A stretch of DNA of 36,207 bases. Origin: a virus (Duplodnaviria > Caudoviricetes). Below are positions 1 to 11,400 of this stretch, piece after piece (within the stretch, counting starts at the first letter, position 1; each line of letters begins with the position of its first letter). The position numbers and the translations under genes were made by a program. The notes below the pieces were generated by a model. That model was given only the letters and a program-made list of their open reading frames with translations. It did not search any database and was not told the DNA's origin. The stretch covers positions 1-36,207 of IMG/VR virus record IMGVR_UViG_3300031627_000004. The stretch is one strand, 5' to 3'.

Positions 1-1
1 A

Positions 2-718
2 CGACAGCTTGCTGTAAGCAATAGCAGCAGAAGCGTTGATGTCAGCATTGACAACAGTTCCGTCAAGAATCATAGCAGAAGTAATTCCGCTTGCCTTTAC
101 TCGAAGATTATCTCCATCAATTTCCAATGATGAGCCATCAACATTGACGCTAAGAGTGTTTCCTGATTTAGCAAGTCCAGCGCCAGCAACAATCTGTCCA
201 GCCCCAGAGAACTGTGCAAAAGTTACAGAAGTTACGCCAACATTTACCGTGTCGTTAGTACAAACCCAACCAGAGTCAGCGTTTGCTGTACCAGCGCGGA
301 CAAACATTGCCGCTCCAGGGAACTCTGCCGCTGCATCCATGTCTGTGGAACGCGACCATGCGCCAGCAGCGACAACATAGATACCGTTTGCTGCACCAGC
401 AGTCTGTCCTTTTACAAGGACGCGATCACCAACACCAGCAGAAATGCCATCAATAGTCTGTGTGCCAGATAGCGTAATGTTACCAGCAGCAACACAAGCT
501 ACAGAGTCTTTCCAGTGAAGACCTTGTGCGATTGCATCAACATAGGCTTTGTTCGCTACTTCAGAATCAGCAGAAGGTGTCCCTACTGTCAGAGTACCGC
601 TTGTAAAGTTATAGGATGCTGTCAGATCCATTTTTGAGGCGTTGACTGCATTATTAGCAATCTTACCATTAGATACCGCAAGATCTTTGATCTGCGAGGT
701 TACGAATTGAAGGGCCAT
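2..718 (-). CDS. Tail fibre / virion structural protein, N-terminal part (runs off the left edge; missing from the ORF track)
   Basis: Manual translation from ATG 718 (GGAG RBS upstream) is open to the window edge: MALQFVTSQIKD...ANKAYVDAIAQGLHWKDSV...TLSGTQTIDG...GDRVLVKGQT...NGIYV...WSRSTD. The TIDG/GDRVLVK/NGIYV block is a recurrent phage fibre-type domain. Confidence 0.8.
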   Translation of the reverse strand, partial: MALQFVTSQIKDLAVSNGKIANNAVNASKMDLTASYNFTSGTLTVGTPSADSEVANKAYVDAIAQGLHWKDSVACVAAGNITLSGTQTIDGISAGVGDRVLVKGQTAGAANGIYVVAAGAWSRSTDMDAAAEFPGAAMFVRAGTANADSGWVCTNDTVNVGVTSVTFAQFSGAGQIVAGAGLAKSGNTLSVNVDGSSLEIDGDNLRVKASGITSAMILDGTVVNADINASAAIAYSKLS

Positions 719-831
719 TATGTACTCCGTAGTGGGGTTTATTAGGAACAGTTTGCAACCCCCGTCGCAAACTGCGGTGATCAATATCAGACGAAGTCCA
801 ATATTGAAACTGTTAAAATGAAATAACTTAG

Positions 832-1710
832 TTAAAGCGCTTCGTAGACAGCAACGATGACCGAACCCGCAGGGGCCGCTTCACCAAAAGAAGTTGTAAA
901 TGAGCTAGAGGTTGTCTCTGAAATCTCTTTCCCCTCACCCGTTCTTTGCCTCATTCCATTGAAATATACCACTAAGCTTCCAGTTTTATAACTTTGAGAT
1001 GTATTGAATATAGTCTGTATACCGTTCACTTGGCTACTAAGATCATTCTCAATTTCAAATAAAGCGTAATTGCTGAGTTTGGCGCTAATAATCAACCAAC
1101 CGCCACCTGTGGCAGTAGAGCGACCATTGCTTACAAGGCAAAGAAACCCGCCATTAGTTTCTATGATTTTACTGTTAGCTCCAGCTATCCCAATACCGCC
1201 GCTTCCTGTTGGGTCGGCAGAGTTGATCGTAATCTTATTTACACCAGCGCCACCCCCTCCTGGTAACTGGTCTACAAAGTGTATTATCCTCCCTTCTCCT
1301 GCCGATGAGGCTGTAGGGAGCGTTATAGTTTTAGCTGTCGATCCAGTATCGACGGTTACGATGTAGTCCGTCACGCTAACAGAATATGGGTAGTCTCCTG
1401 GGGTTGTGTACCCTGCGATCTGTTTACCAGAAACACTAATATTTCCAGACAAACTCATGCTTTGGGTTTGTATGTCTGGATCTAAACCGATTGTTACAAC
1501 TTCACTGACAGTAGAAGCTGTGATTTGGTTAGCAGTTCCAACAACTGAGTTTACGCTACCATCTGAGTCGGAATCTGCGTACCAAGAAAGGGTAGACTGA
1601 TCCCATTTTAAGACATAGCCGTTTGGGGTTGCGCTTGTGACGTCATCCCGCAACTTCGGGGCGTGTCGCGCCCGATTTAGCAAGACTAGTCTTTCTTTTT
1701 CAGCCGCCAT
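832..1710 (-). CDS. Minor tail / fibre-associated structural protein (292 aa)
   Basis: Lies after the hub gene; Ser/Thr/Gly-rich; contains NGYVLKWD..W, TITLP...GRIIHFVD and LVVYFNGMRQ segments typical of phage fibre and baseplate modules. Confidence 0.6.
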   Translation of the reverse strand: MAAEKERLVLLNRARHAPKLRDDVTSATPNGYVLKWDQSTLSWYADSDSDGSVNSVVGTANQITASTVSEVVTIGLDPDIQTQSMSLSGNISVSGKQIAGYTTPGDYPYSVSVTDYIVTVDTGSTAKTITLPTASSAGEGRIIHFVDQLPGGGGAGVNKITINSADPTGSGGIGIAGANSKIIETNGGFLCLVSNGRSTATGGGWLIISAKLSNYALFEIENDLSSQVNGIQTIFNTSQSYKTGSLVVYFNGMRQRTGEGKEISETTSSSFTTSFGEAAPAGSVIVAVYEAL

Positions 1711-1720
1711 ATTATACGCG

Positions 1721-3391
1721 CTACGCTATTGAGTAAGTTGAAATGTCACCGTCTAACTTTTCATAATACGGTGACCAGATACGAGCGCCTAAAACGACAC
1801 GCCCTGATTGGTAAGTAATAGAAACTATTGTTGCAGACACGTTTTCCCAGCCAAATTCATTATCAGTTAATGAAATATTGTCCCCTAAAGATACAGAGAA
1901 CATTGCACTAGAAATACATTCATACTCAACATAGTAAGACGGTAAACTCAAATGAGAAACCAGCCAATCCATAACTAGCCCAGCAGTCTGATCATCGTTT
2001 ATATACGGGCATTGGATAGTGGAGTGTTGGCGCATCCCAATGTTTTGAGCGCTAACATTGCAAAGAGCATTGTTCGTGTGGTCAGCCAAAACAACACCCT
2101 CGTATATATTCTCCATTGCATTGAATTTATACTCAAGAGTGAAGCTATTATAAGATCTGTTTTTTGCGGTTTCTTGCACTGCTGTTGCTCTTCCCATCAC
2201 AGGGTAAGACTGAGCATCAAGCACGAACCCAACCTTAGTACTCTTTCTATCTATATAAACAGGGCCATACCCACCGAGCATCCAAGCCATAGAAATCATT
2301 GGGAAGCAGCTAAGCAAACCACTCTCTATAAAGGAAAGGGTTGTAGAGTCGTTGCTATTGCCAGAGTTTACTAATGTTGTAGACCTCAATGAAGCTGCTT
2401 TACTATTAGCTAAGGAAAACGATTGGTAATTGATGCTAGTTTTTCCAAAGGCAGAGAATTCTTCAAGGAAGTACAGTGCTTGGCTTATTGGATTTTGGCT
2501 GGAAGCCCCTCGTGATACCTTCACGTATACGGCCTCAGTGTATTCTGTAGACGGGTTGTTGGTCAGGGTAATGCCCGTGTAAGCTACACCCTTACCGTCT
2601 GTTCCATAAAAAACAGACCAACCGTAAGTAATGTCTCCTGTACCATAAGCTATACCATCAACATAAATGCTATCTGAACCTGTGCTGTCTACTTGGAGGG
2701 TGCCAACTCCTACCATAAGTTTTTGGGAAGTTGCCGATCCGTAAACCCAAATACAAGGAACCCATTCGTAGCTGTTAGCTATGATGGGATATCTTCGCCC
2801 TATAGACTCAGGAGGGGCGCTTCTAAAAGCCACATTGTCTACAATGTAAGGAGGTAATGATAAGTCCATTGACTCTTTTGGATCAGTAATGCTGAATTCG
2901 ATAGTGCCGCCATCACTAGGGAAAAAGTTAACGCCATTATCCATTTCACCACGCATAAGAACTAGTCTATTGTCGTAGTTGCCACCACCATACTGTAGTG
3001 AAACCTCAGCTACTCCAGCAAGCATACGCCCTTTAGATATTAGTGATGCAGCATCTACAAGTTCATTAGGTAGATTGAAGGTAAAACTGCGTGCAGAACT
3101 ATTCCCACTCCCAATATCAACACTATTAGAAATAGATGGCTCATCAGATATTACAGGTAAGTAATTGTATTCTAATCCAGTTGCCGCAGACAACGTATTG
3201 CACTCCTTACTGGATATAAAAACACGCTTGTCTACACCAAAGACAACCTCTATACACATCACTAATTGAGATAGATCTGGATCAACCCGTAAGTAATCTG
3301 ACCAATAATCACTGACCAGCATATTGCCGCCAAGCCTATCTTTATCCCAAGCCCTAAAAGCTGGGTGGTCTGTATATAGGTTTGTAGCCAC
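1721..3391 (-). CDS. Putative baseplate hub / tail tip (Tal-like) protein (556 aa)
   Basis: Second gene after the tape measure; GTG start with GAGGA RBS; GRRYPII motif and a C-terminal VSLGDNISL...ATIVSITY segment resembling hub beta-barrels. Call is mainly positional. Confidence 0.6.
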   Translation of the reverse strand: MATNLYTDHPAFRAWDKDRLGGNMLVSDYWSDYLRVDPDLSQLVMCIEVVFGVDKRVFISSKECNTLSAATGLEYNYLPVISDEPSISNSVDIGSGNSSARSFTFNLPNELVDAASLISKGRMLAGVAEVSLQYGGGNYDNRLVLMRGEMDNGVNFFPSDGGTIEFSITDPKESMDLSLPPYIVDNVAFRSAPPESIGRRYPIIANSYEWVPCIWVYGSATSQKLMVGVGTLQVDSTGSDSIYVDGIAYGTGDITYGWSVFYGTDGKGVAYTGITLTNNPSTEYTEAVYVKVSRGASSQNPISQALYFLEEFSAFGKTSINYQSFSLANSKAASLRSTTLVNSGNSNDSTTLSFIESGLLSCFPMISMAWMLGGYGPVYIDRKSTKVGFVLDAQSYPVMGRATAVQETAKNRSYNSFTLEYKFNAMENIYEGVVLADHTNNALCNVSAQNIGMRQHSTIQCPYINDDQTAGLVMDWLVSHLSLPSYYVEYECISSAMFSVSLGDNISLTDNEFGWENVSATIVSITYQSGRVVLGARIWSPYYEKLDGDISTYSIA

Positions 3392-6300
3392 CTAAATTTC
3401 CTCTTCAAATTTAACCGTGGTATCTCCCACTTGGTACCATTTGTTAGAAACTTCGCTGTAAGCCCACCCAACATTTTTATCACTAGTATCAGCAGTGAAC
3501 CTGCAATAGATCGTATTGTCATCACTTGGTGACGACGTATCCAAACACAACACTAAAGGGTTTTTGCTGTATTCAGAGATCTTGTTGACCATAGATCTGA
3601 GGCTAGTGCGCCACTCTTCTGTATCGCCTCTTATTTGCCCAGAAAAAGTTTTCCTTGGAGAACCCTGTTTATAAGCAGACCGCACGCCGCTAGTAGCTGT
3701 ATAAACAGAAACATTACCCTTTTCTGAAAGGCTAGAATTCCAATCTAAAGGAACAGAGAAAGGTAAAGTCATACCAGCTACAATGTTACTTATCTTGAAA
3801 TAACCTTCTGGGGGATTTGGGTTGGTAGAGTTAGTCCCCCCTGCCGTCATTGCTAATGACATTTGGTTGTATTCCATATCTTCTGCAAAGAATACTGTTT
3901 TGTTTCCACTGTAAATAAACAAGGTAGAAAGCGGGGAAATAACATTTTGCATCAGGGTATTGAGTCCAGTAATGGACACTAGGTTACCCCTGTTGCCAGA
4001 TATTATGTATGATCGTTTGTTTCCGTCTAATGCCTCGATATCAACATATTTTCCAGCCAGTTCATTTTCTCGCCAAGCACGAGCATCATTATTAGGAACC
4101 TGAAATGACTGCTTGGAATTCATTGTTGCCGTAGCACCCGTATCGCCAAGGCTAACTATAGAGCTTGTGTGTTCTAAAAGATCTATAGAAATAGTGGTGC
4201 TTGCTCCTGGGTATTGGTAGTTCAAGGTAAGGAGCCTTGTGTTTGCCCCCCAGACACTAAAAGCCCTGTGTGAAAAGCTATGGACATAGCCATCATCGTC
4301 TGCATTTCCAGCACGCCAAGCTAATGTTTCAGTCGCACCAGAACCTAAGTTATTAGATCGCCATTCAAACCTTTTAGAAGCAAGTGGTAGCTTATTTATT
4401 CCATATTGGAACTCTATATTTCCAACAAAGTTATCCCTTGCCATTGCAGAATCGCCACCCCACCTTGCAGAAATACCTTGGGCTAAGTCCTGCCCATAAG
4501 GAGTGCATGGGAAGCCCCTATTGTTGGTAGTTTGATTCCAATCAACCTGGCTTAATGAACCTCCTTGGTTCAGCCTAGATACTATGAATTGTGACCACTC
4601 AGAAACTACTGGTGTAGAACTACCAGTTGGGGTTGGCCCAATGCCCAAGTTTCCAAACCATACGGCCTCTTGCTCTGTTACATTGTTAGACATTGTTTCG
4701 TAAGACAAGGTCAGCATTCCTGACGAAACCCATTGCGGGTACCGAACTCCATGAAGGCCAACACTTAGCTCACAGTATTGGTTGGTTGTTCCAGCAGCAC
4801 TATTACGGTGACGATCATCATATAGTGACAGCCTACAATCCATTGTCGAGTTGTACGTACCCTTAGTAATAGCGCACAAAGAGGTACCAGCTACACTATC
4901 GTAAACGTGGAATACAAAGTTGCTTCCGCTTCTAACCATGTCCACAGTAACGACTGCTTGGCGGGTAGCACCTACAGTACCGTTGAAGCTGTTTACAATA
5001 CGAGCAGACACTCCAGTGATGGGGCCATTATCTGCCAAAGCAGAAGTATAGCTAGTGGTTGCTGTCCATGTTGGGCTTGCTGGTGATAAACCATCTTGCA
5101 TTTGATCTAAATTGACAGTCCATGCAATAAGCCCCCTGCTTCCTATACTTTGGGTTATACCTGCTGTCGAATTTGCAGGGAAAACCTTATTCAGGTTGGA
5201 TCTGTTATTAACATTGTCTAGGTCGCTAGTGATCTCAAGAAGTAAGTCCTCATTATCAATCTCAATAGTTGCTGCACCTGAACCAGAAGAGACTCGCTGA
5301 CTTGACCAAAAACGGCTGGCGCTGACAGGCATCGTTGCCGATGTTGCCGAGCCATTAGGGCACCCCATAGAGGCGTTCCAATAAGCACACGCCATACCGT
5401 TAGGGAAAGGGCTTGCCCAAGGGTTTTCAGATCTAATTGGCTTATAAGACCACCCCCCCCACTCTTGAACCCTTGTCCCTTCTAGGGCTGTATTTGTATC
5501 GGTTGGGCCATACGCCCTATGGGCTGTAATGATGCGATCTCCAGCCCATACTCCGCGAATGAACGAAGGGGTGTAGGCTTGGCTACCCATCATCCCAAGA
5601 TAATCCCTTTGCTCTCTGCCAGAGTAAGCAGACCAAGAACCTTCTGTTCGCCTATTGATATAGTATGGAGAAGTCCCATCATTACCAAAGATCGAAATGT
5701 CTTCGATCTTATTGATTGGTATTATTCTTGAAGTAGAACCTACCCAACCCATATCGGTCACTATGCCAGAAGAAGCGTCAAACCCTTCCAAGTAGCCGTT
5801 TGCAAACACGAATACGTCTGATGGCCCAGCTACCGCGCACATGGATTGGGGTGTGTAGAGGGTGTTGTAATATGAATATTGAGTACCAAGGTAAACAGAC
5901 CCTGTCGTTACCGCTTGTAACTTACCAGTCCTGTAAGCAGTAAATACCTGTACGACCCTACTACCAACCGTTAGGTCGGGCGATGATCCCCAATACCCCG
6001 CGTATACGATGAATGTCCCATCACCCGTTGGTGAACCGCAAATACTAAACACGGCATCTCCATCTGCTACGGCAGAACTAGCCAGGTTCCCTGGGTAACC
6101 TTGTTTTTCACGTATTTGTATATTCGGATCGTCTGCGCCAGTAGCGGAGTCTGCTGGATACCCTTGAACCCAAGATGCGCCTTGGTTGCTGGAGATTAGG
6201 GAGTAGAACCCCCTTGTTCTCTCGGAGATATTAAGCTCCATAAGCCCCATGTAAAACCAGTTCCCAGATACGGCTACTTGGAAAAAGTCACTGAGGGTTG

Positions 6301-8449
6301 GTCCTTCATAATACTTCTCCAAGATACCATCTTCTTCAAACATCCAATTCAGTCCACCATCATCTGAGGTGTACCTTGCAATATCAGAAGCATCCAAAGT
6401 GCCGACAGCCGTCAGGGGGCTGTGTTTCGGTGTTGTGTACCCAATGAACAGGTGCATTATACCATCATCAGTTTCTACAATACTAAAACCCCAATTGCCA
6501 GTAGTTAGGTCACGCATATAGTTGGTGACATTAGTACCAGATGTATTTAGGTGCCCAGCAGTGTCTTGACTAAGTTTTGCGTAGCTGAATATGGTTTCGT
6601 ACCCGCTGTCGTAAGTTCCATACATGCTGTTGTTTTTGTAAGCTATTTCAAACTGTCCAGCCCTAAGCCTAAAGAACAGCACGCGATCAAATTTACTAGA
6701 GTATGCAACCTCTAAAAATTCACCTACACCACCACCTGCACCAAGAGTAGCTGTGCCGTTCGAAAATGGTTCATAAGTGACCCAAGGAAGCTTTGGATCG
6801 CTGTAGCCCATGTAGTTAGTAGATTCTGGTGTCTCTGGGAATTGCTTGTAACCCCACATCCATTCAGAACCACTTAGCATCCCTCCACTTTGGCATACCT
6901 GCAAGTTTATATCTTGTGGTATTCTGGCGTTGATTTCTCCTTTGTCCTCGTTCCAGTCTCCCTGCAAAAAAGCAAGCATACTGCCATCATTAGAAGAGGA
7001 AGGGGAGGTAATTCCTGCTAAGGGGCTTCTCTGCGTAAAGCTATACCCAACAGTTGCAGTAGTATCGTCCTTATTGTCTTTCAGTAACTCTGGGTCTTGG
7101 AAAATCAACGCAGTTTTAGGTGCTACATCTGTCCTAGTAGACGCCTTGGTTGCCCTCCGTTTCTTACTCCAAAGGACTTCTACAAGTGCAAAATACAACC
7201 TAGGAGGAGTAAAGGCGCTTGACGGTGCCACTGTGATTTCTAAAGTTAAGTTTGCATGATCAATATCGGCAAGCTCAATAACATCGCTTGCGCTAAAACC
7301 TGCCCCATACGCAGGCACTTGCATCAGCACGCCGTCGTCGAAAGTTGCAGTGCCCCCGTAGCCTTCAGTGCGAGTTGATGCGCCATAAATACCAGTGGCG
7401 GATTTTTGAACACCATCACGTAAAAGGACAACACCACACTCAGCAGTGCCCCCCCCATCCATCTGAAGCGGTACAGAAGCTGATACAGCCACGATAGTTG
7501 GTGGTATATATTCTGTGTTAATTACAGCGGAAGCAGACTTTACGTTTAGCTTTAGCGTTTTGGCTGTAGCGGTTGTTACTTTCAGGTAAGTAGTCAGGTT
7601 TTTCGTTTGAAGCGTAGTTAGCAGATCGCTTTCAACTATCGAACCTGAATCAGTAGAAAAATTTCCGCGATCTACAACCCTTGCAGTTGGAAGTCCAAAA
7701 ATATGGTGTGGTTGGTTGCAAGGGTCTGTGTTTGTTGCGTCTAAGTCGGAGAAGATCTCAGGTTTATTATAAACAACAACGTCATCAAAAAAGAAATCCT
7801 GTACAGATGCTACGCCTGGAGAACCAAATTCAAAGGTACTCCAAGTTATACCTGAGCCAGATGATGAAGTCTGTACCTCTAATACACCATTGATATACAG
7901 CCTATAGTATTTGTTCCCACCATGACTATATGCACCAACAGTAATCCAGTACCAAGTATTTGAATTTAAGGGTGTTGGGATAGTTTTAGATATTGGGGCT
8001 GAACCATTAGTTGCTAAGGATAAACCTAATGAAAAGTCTCCTGTGCTAGCTATAGGCGGGATAGAAAACCCTTGTGATGCGCCACCTGCCAGCCTTCTAA
8101 TTACAGCTAATGGGTCACCTGATGAGCTTACCGTCCCTTCTGCCCTAAAAGCGAAAGAAACCGATATACCCGAAAAGTCCTGTGCAGTTCCAGAAACGCT
8201 TGAGCGTAGTGACATTGGCCCAGCTTTCTGCCCTACCCTATCAAGCTTAAGGGCGTAAGCACTCTCAGCACCGCCTGTAGCACTGCCAGAAGGGTGTACA
8301 GTCGTGCTTGCAAAGTCAGGATAGTTACTAGACCCATCGTCAATTACTATCCAGCCAGAAGCCCCGTAAGCCCCGCTTGTGGAAATACTGTTTTTGTAGC
8401 CTGTGTAAGCTAAACCAGTCTCAAACCCATGATGCCAAACCCAAGCCAT
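3392..8449 (-). CDS. Large tail protein (1685 aa): N-terminal LamG/concanavalin-like domain, Asp-box beta-propeller region, C-terminal distal-tail (Dit)-like region
   Basis: Directly after the tape measure; NTWYWITV...RLYINGV...FFDDVVVYN (LamG-like); Asp-box motifs YTSDDGGLNW and SSNQGASW; C-terminal VYTATSGVRSAYKQGSPRKTFS resembles Dit-type proteins. Confidence 0.6.
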   Translation of the reverse strand: MAWVWHHGFETGLAYTGYKNSISTSGAYGASGWIVIDDGSSNYPDFASTTVHPSGSATGGAESAYALKLDRVGQKAGPMSLRSSVSGTAQDFSGISVSFAFRAEGTVSSSGDPLAVIRRLAGGASQGFSIPPIASTGDFSLGLSLATNGSAPISKTIPTPLNSNTWYWITVGAYSHGGNKYYRLYINGVLEVQTSSSGSGITWSTFEFGSPGVASVQDFFFDDVVVYNKPEIFSDLDATNTDPCNQPHHIFGLPTARVVDRGNFSTDSGSIVESDLLTTLQTKNLTTYLKVTTATAKTLKLNVKSASAVINTEYIPPTIVAVSASVPLQMDGGGTAECGVVLLRDGVQKSATGIYGASTRTEGYGGTATFDDGVLMQVPAYGAGFSASDVIELADIDHANLTLEITVAPSSAFTPPRLYFALVEVLWSKKRRATKASTRTDVAPKTALIFQDPELLKDNKDDTTATVGYSFTQRSPLAGITSPSSSNDGSMLAFLQGDWNEDKGEINARIPQDINLQVCQSGGMLSGSEWMWGYKQFPETPESTNYMGYSDPKLPWVTYEPFSNGTATLGAGGGVGEFLEVAYSSKFDRVLFFRLRAGQFEIAYKNNSMYGTYDSGYETIFSYAKLSQDTAGHLNTSGTNVTNYMRDLTTGNWGFSIVETDDGIMHLFIGYTTPKHSPLTAVGTLDASDIARYTSDDGGLNWMFEEDGILEKYYEGPTLSDFFQVAVSGNWFYMGLMELNISERTRGFYSLISSNQGASWVQGYPADSATGADDPNIQIREKQGYPGNLASSAVADGDAVFSICGSPTGDGTFIVYAGYWGSSPDLTVGSRVVQVFTAYRTGKLQAVTTGSVYLGTQYSYYNTLYTPQSMCAVAGPSDVFVFANGYLEGFDASSGIVTDMGWVGSTSRIIPINKIEDISIFGNDGTSPYYINRRTEGSWSAYSGREQRDYLGMMGSQAYTPSFIRGVWAGDRIITAHRAYGPTDTNTALEGTRVQEWGGWSYKPIRSENPWASPFPNGMACAYWNASMGCPNGSATSATMPVSASRFWSSQRVSSGSGAATIEIDNEDLLLEITSDLDNVNNRSNLNKVFPANSTAGITQSIGSRGLIAWTVNLDQMQDGLSPASPTWTATTSYTSALADNGPITGVSARIVNSFNGTVGATRQAVVTVDMVRSGSNFVFHVYDSVAGTSLCAITKGTYNSTMDCRLSLYDDRHRNSAAGTTNQYCELSVGLHGVRYPQWVSSGMLTLSYETMSNNVTEQEAVWFGNLGIGPTPTGSSTPVVSEWSQFIVSRLNQGGSLSQVDWNQTTNNRGFPCTPYGQDLAQGISARWGGDSAMARDNFVGNIEFQYGINKLPLASKRFEWRSNNLGSGATETLAWRAGNADDDGYVHSFSHRAFSVWGANTRLLTLNYQYPGASTTISIDLLEHTSSIVSLGDTGATATMNSKQSFQVPNNDARAWRENELAGKYVDIEALDGNKRSYIISGNRGNLVSITGLNTLMQNVISPLSTLFIYSGNKTVFFAEDMEYNQMSLAMTAGGTNSTNPNPPEGYFKISNIVAGMTLPFSVPLDWNSSLSEKGNVSVYTATSGVRSAYKQGSPRKTFSGQIRGDTEEWRTSLRSMVNKISEYSKNPLVLCLDTSSPSDDNTIYCRFTADTSDKNVGWAYSEVSNKWYQVGDTTVKFEEEI

Positions 8450-8458
8450 CTTTACCCC

Positions 8459-11400
8459 TTAGCTTTGGCTAGAAAAACGACCGCGATCTAAGCCAACAGT
8501 GGCTCCAGACGCTCTTCGTAAATCTTGCTTAAGTGATGGTGTGTGCCCACGCTTTCCAGCGGTATAAAGCACATCGTCTAATGTTTTACCTTCTGCAACT
8601 ACTGTAACCCTTAAGTCTCCACCACCGCCAGAACTACCAGATGTAAGGACGGCACTTCCAAGTGAGCTAACCATGGCTGGGATTGAACTCAAATCCATTT
8701 GTGGGGCTGAAGGGGTTCCTACCCCAACTGAACCAAATGAAGCCGCCATTTGCTTCATCAAATTTTCTGGTGTCTTTGCTGCTAAGAAGAGATCTCCAGG
8801 GGCGAACTTCGTCAATGCGCCGCTTTGACCAGCAAGCATAACCCTCGGTGTATCCCCGAATGTCTCTGTATTCGCCATACCCAGGCTTACTATTTCTTTG
8901 ATTACGTCCCTAAAGAACACAACCATTTGCCGCAAGCCATCCCACACAGCATCTTTTAGCGCAGTCGCCAGAACACCAAGATCAATATTGGCGAACCAAG
9001 ATTTTATGGAATCATAAACACCAGTCAACAATCCTTTGAAGTGTTCGCCAACAACTGCAAAGAACCTTGGGATCATTATCCACAAAGCGGTCCAAATTAC
9101 AGGAAGTAGTTGAACGATAGCCATGAAGATCTGTGGAAGCACTTTGATTACAGCAAACGCAAGCTGAGGGAGTACATTGATGATTGCAGCAAAAATGTCT
9201 GGTATGGCACCTGCTATAGCCAGAATTAGTGGCCCTAAGTTCTCCGCTATTCCAATAATAATGGCGATTACGCCTTCCATAAGTGGGGCTAGTAGGGTTG
9301 GTAACGCATCGGCTAGTGATTTTAGAATCTTTGGAGCCGCTTTCATTAGGGCTACAACTACATCTACAAGACCATTCATTAGTGATGTAATAAGGGTTGG
9401 CAGCTTGGCTACAATCACATCTATAAACTTTGGAATCTCCCCAATAATGTAGGCGATAGCTTCAAATACAAACTCAAGGATACGGGGGGCCGCGTCCATA
9501 AGCTTCCCTATAAGCCCAGGAATCATGTCTGTAATAGCAATGATTACATTTGGAAGAGAGTCAATTAGAACATCAACAAGCGTTAGAACGCCATCAAGCA
9601 AGGCGTTTACTAGCGGACCAACATTGTTTGCAAGGACGCCCATCAGGCCTGGAATCGTTTCCCCGATTGCAGCTACAAATACAGGAACCTGAGCCATAAT
9701 CTCAGTAAACATAGCAGGTAGAGTACTGGCAAGATCCTTGAAGAAACTTGTAGCCTCTGTAAATTGATCAGCTATCAACTGGGCTGCTGCTGCCCCTGTT
9801 GATGCTGGCATTGCGGCTAAACTTGCTTGAGCGTCTGTTAGCTCATCGCCTGTCAATTCTCCGCTATTGATCTGCTCTTGCAGTTCAGCGCGTTCTTTCA
9901 TTAGATCCCTAGCTTCACCAAGGGTACCTAAAACATCAACACTCAGCCCCGTAAAGCGAGCAACGGTATCCGTAACTTTACCCCAAGCACTCCCGACTTG
10001 CCCTACAAGACCCACTACGGCCCCCACTGAAGCCTTTACCGCCTTTAGGGCAAAGGCTACCCCTTTGACGCTCTTAGAAATTACATTAAAGCCTTTAGCA
10101 AGCGGACCTTTTACTAATTTCCATACGGACTCTAGCGCATCTCCCATATGGTGCTTTATCATGGCGGCAACATTTTTAGCACCGTCGCCCATCAAGCCAA
10201 AAGCCTTATGGAAAACGATTATAATAGCTGGGGCCATTGATTCCCAAAATTTTACAGTGGTTCTGGCAATTCCTCTGAATACCCCTGCGAATTGGTAAGC
10301 TATCTCTTGCCCAAGCTCGCCTAACTCACTTAAAACAAACCCAAAGTTTTGCTCTAACCAAAGCTTTTTCTTCTCCTCCGCTATTTGGGCCAAAACAACC
10401 GCCTCAAATTGCGCTCGTAATATGTCGTTTTGTATATCGGATGCTGTTCTGAGCTTACGCTGCAAATCCATCAAGTTAGCTTCTGTTTCCCTTCCTACAA
10501 ATTCGAGAGTTTCCCTACGTAGCTCACGATCATACTGAGCAAGCTCTTCAAGCATTGTGCGCTCGAACATGACCCTTGTTTGCACCTCAGAGGAATGAAG
10601 CTCACTTATCTTCCTATTCCAAGATCGGATTATCTGTTCGCGCTTGTTTAGGTCTGACTGAAACAGATCTGTAAGGACTTGGCCTGCTTCTTCTGCACTC
10701 TCTCGGTTGGTCTGTACAATTAGCTGCTGATATTCACCTTCTAAAAACGACCTTCGTGCCCTAAACGCATCTTCGATAGTCGCCACGGCAGCTTCATTCT
10801 GGCCTGCAATCTCTATTGCAGCACGAGAGATTTCACGCTCAGCATGGACAGCTTGCTCCATTCTCTCTTTGGCAGCATCCTGGGAGTGTGCAAACGATTC
10901 CACAAGAGCCTCATCCATAGACTCAGTGGTCGCGTCTGCTGTACGTTTACGATATTCATTGGCGACAGTTTCTTCCATCATCGCCATATCTGCGTAGTAT
11001 TGAGTTGTTAGTGCCCGCCCCCTTCTTGATGCTTGCCCTACTAGGTCAATAGCTTTTTGGTAAAGCGCCTGTAATTCTACTAGTCTCCGTTGAAATTCTA
11101 ATACAGACTGTTCGCCTTCATCAGCTTGAGAGTCTTGCCAGTTTTCAAATACTTTTTGGTGAGCTTTGTCTACGGCTTTCATGGCAGCTTCCCAAGCACT
11201 TTGCCACTTTTTAGCAGCAGCGTCACTTGCCCTCTCTTCCTCAAGAACAGCAGCATCTCTCGCTGCTTGCTGCCTTCCCCTTGCCCTCTCAAGTTCAATA
11301 TCAGAATTGCGCTTGTTGGCTTCTAATCTCTCAAACTCTACACCAGCCTGCTGCTCTAACAACGTCAACATCACCTGGGCTGCGTCTATGCTACCGTACT

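Noticed and set aside
1-8449. Diversity-generating retroelement or invertible fibre cassette
   Set aside because: No reverse transcriptase, recombinase or long repeat pair noticed in the window.
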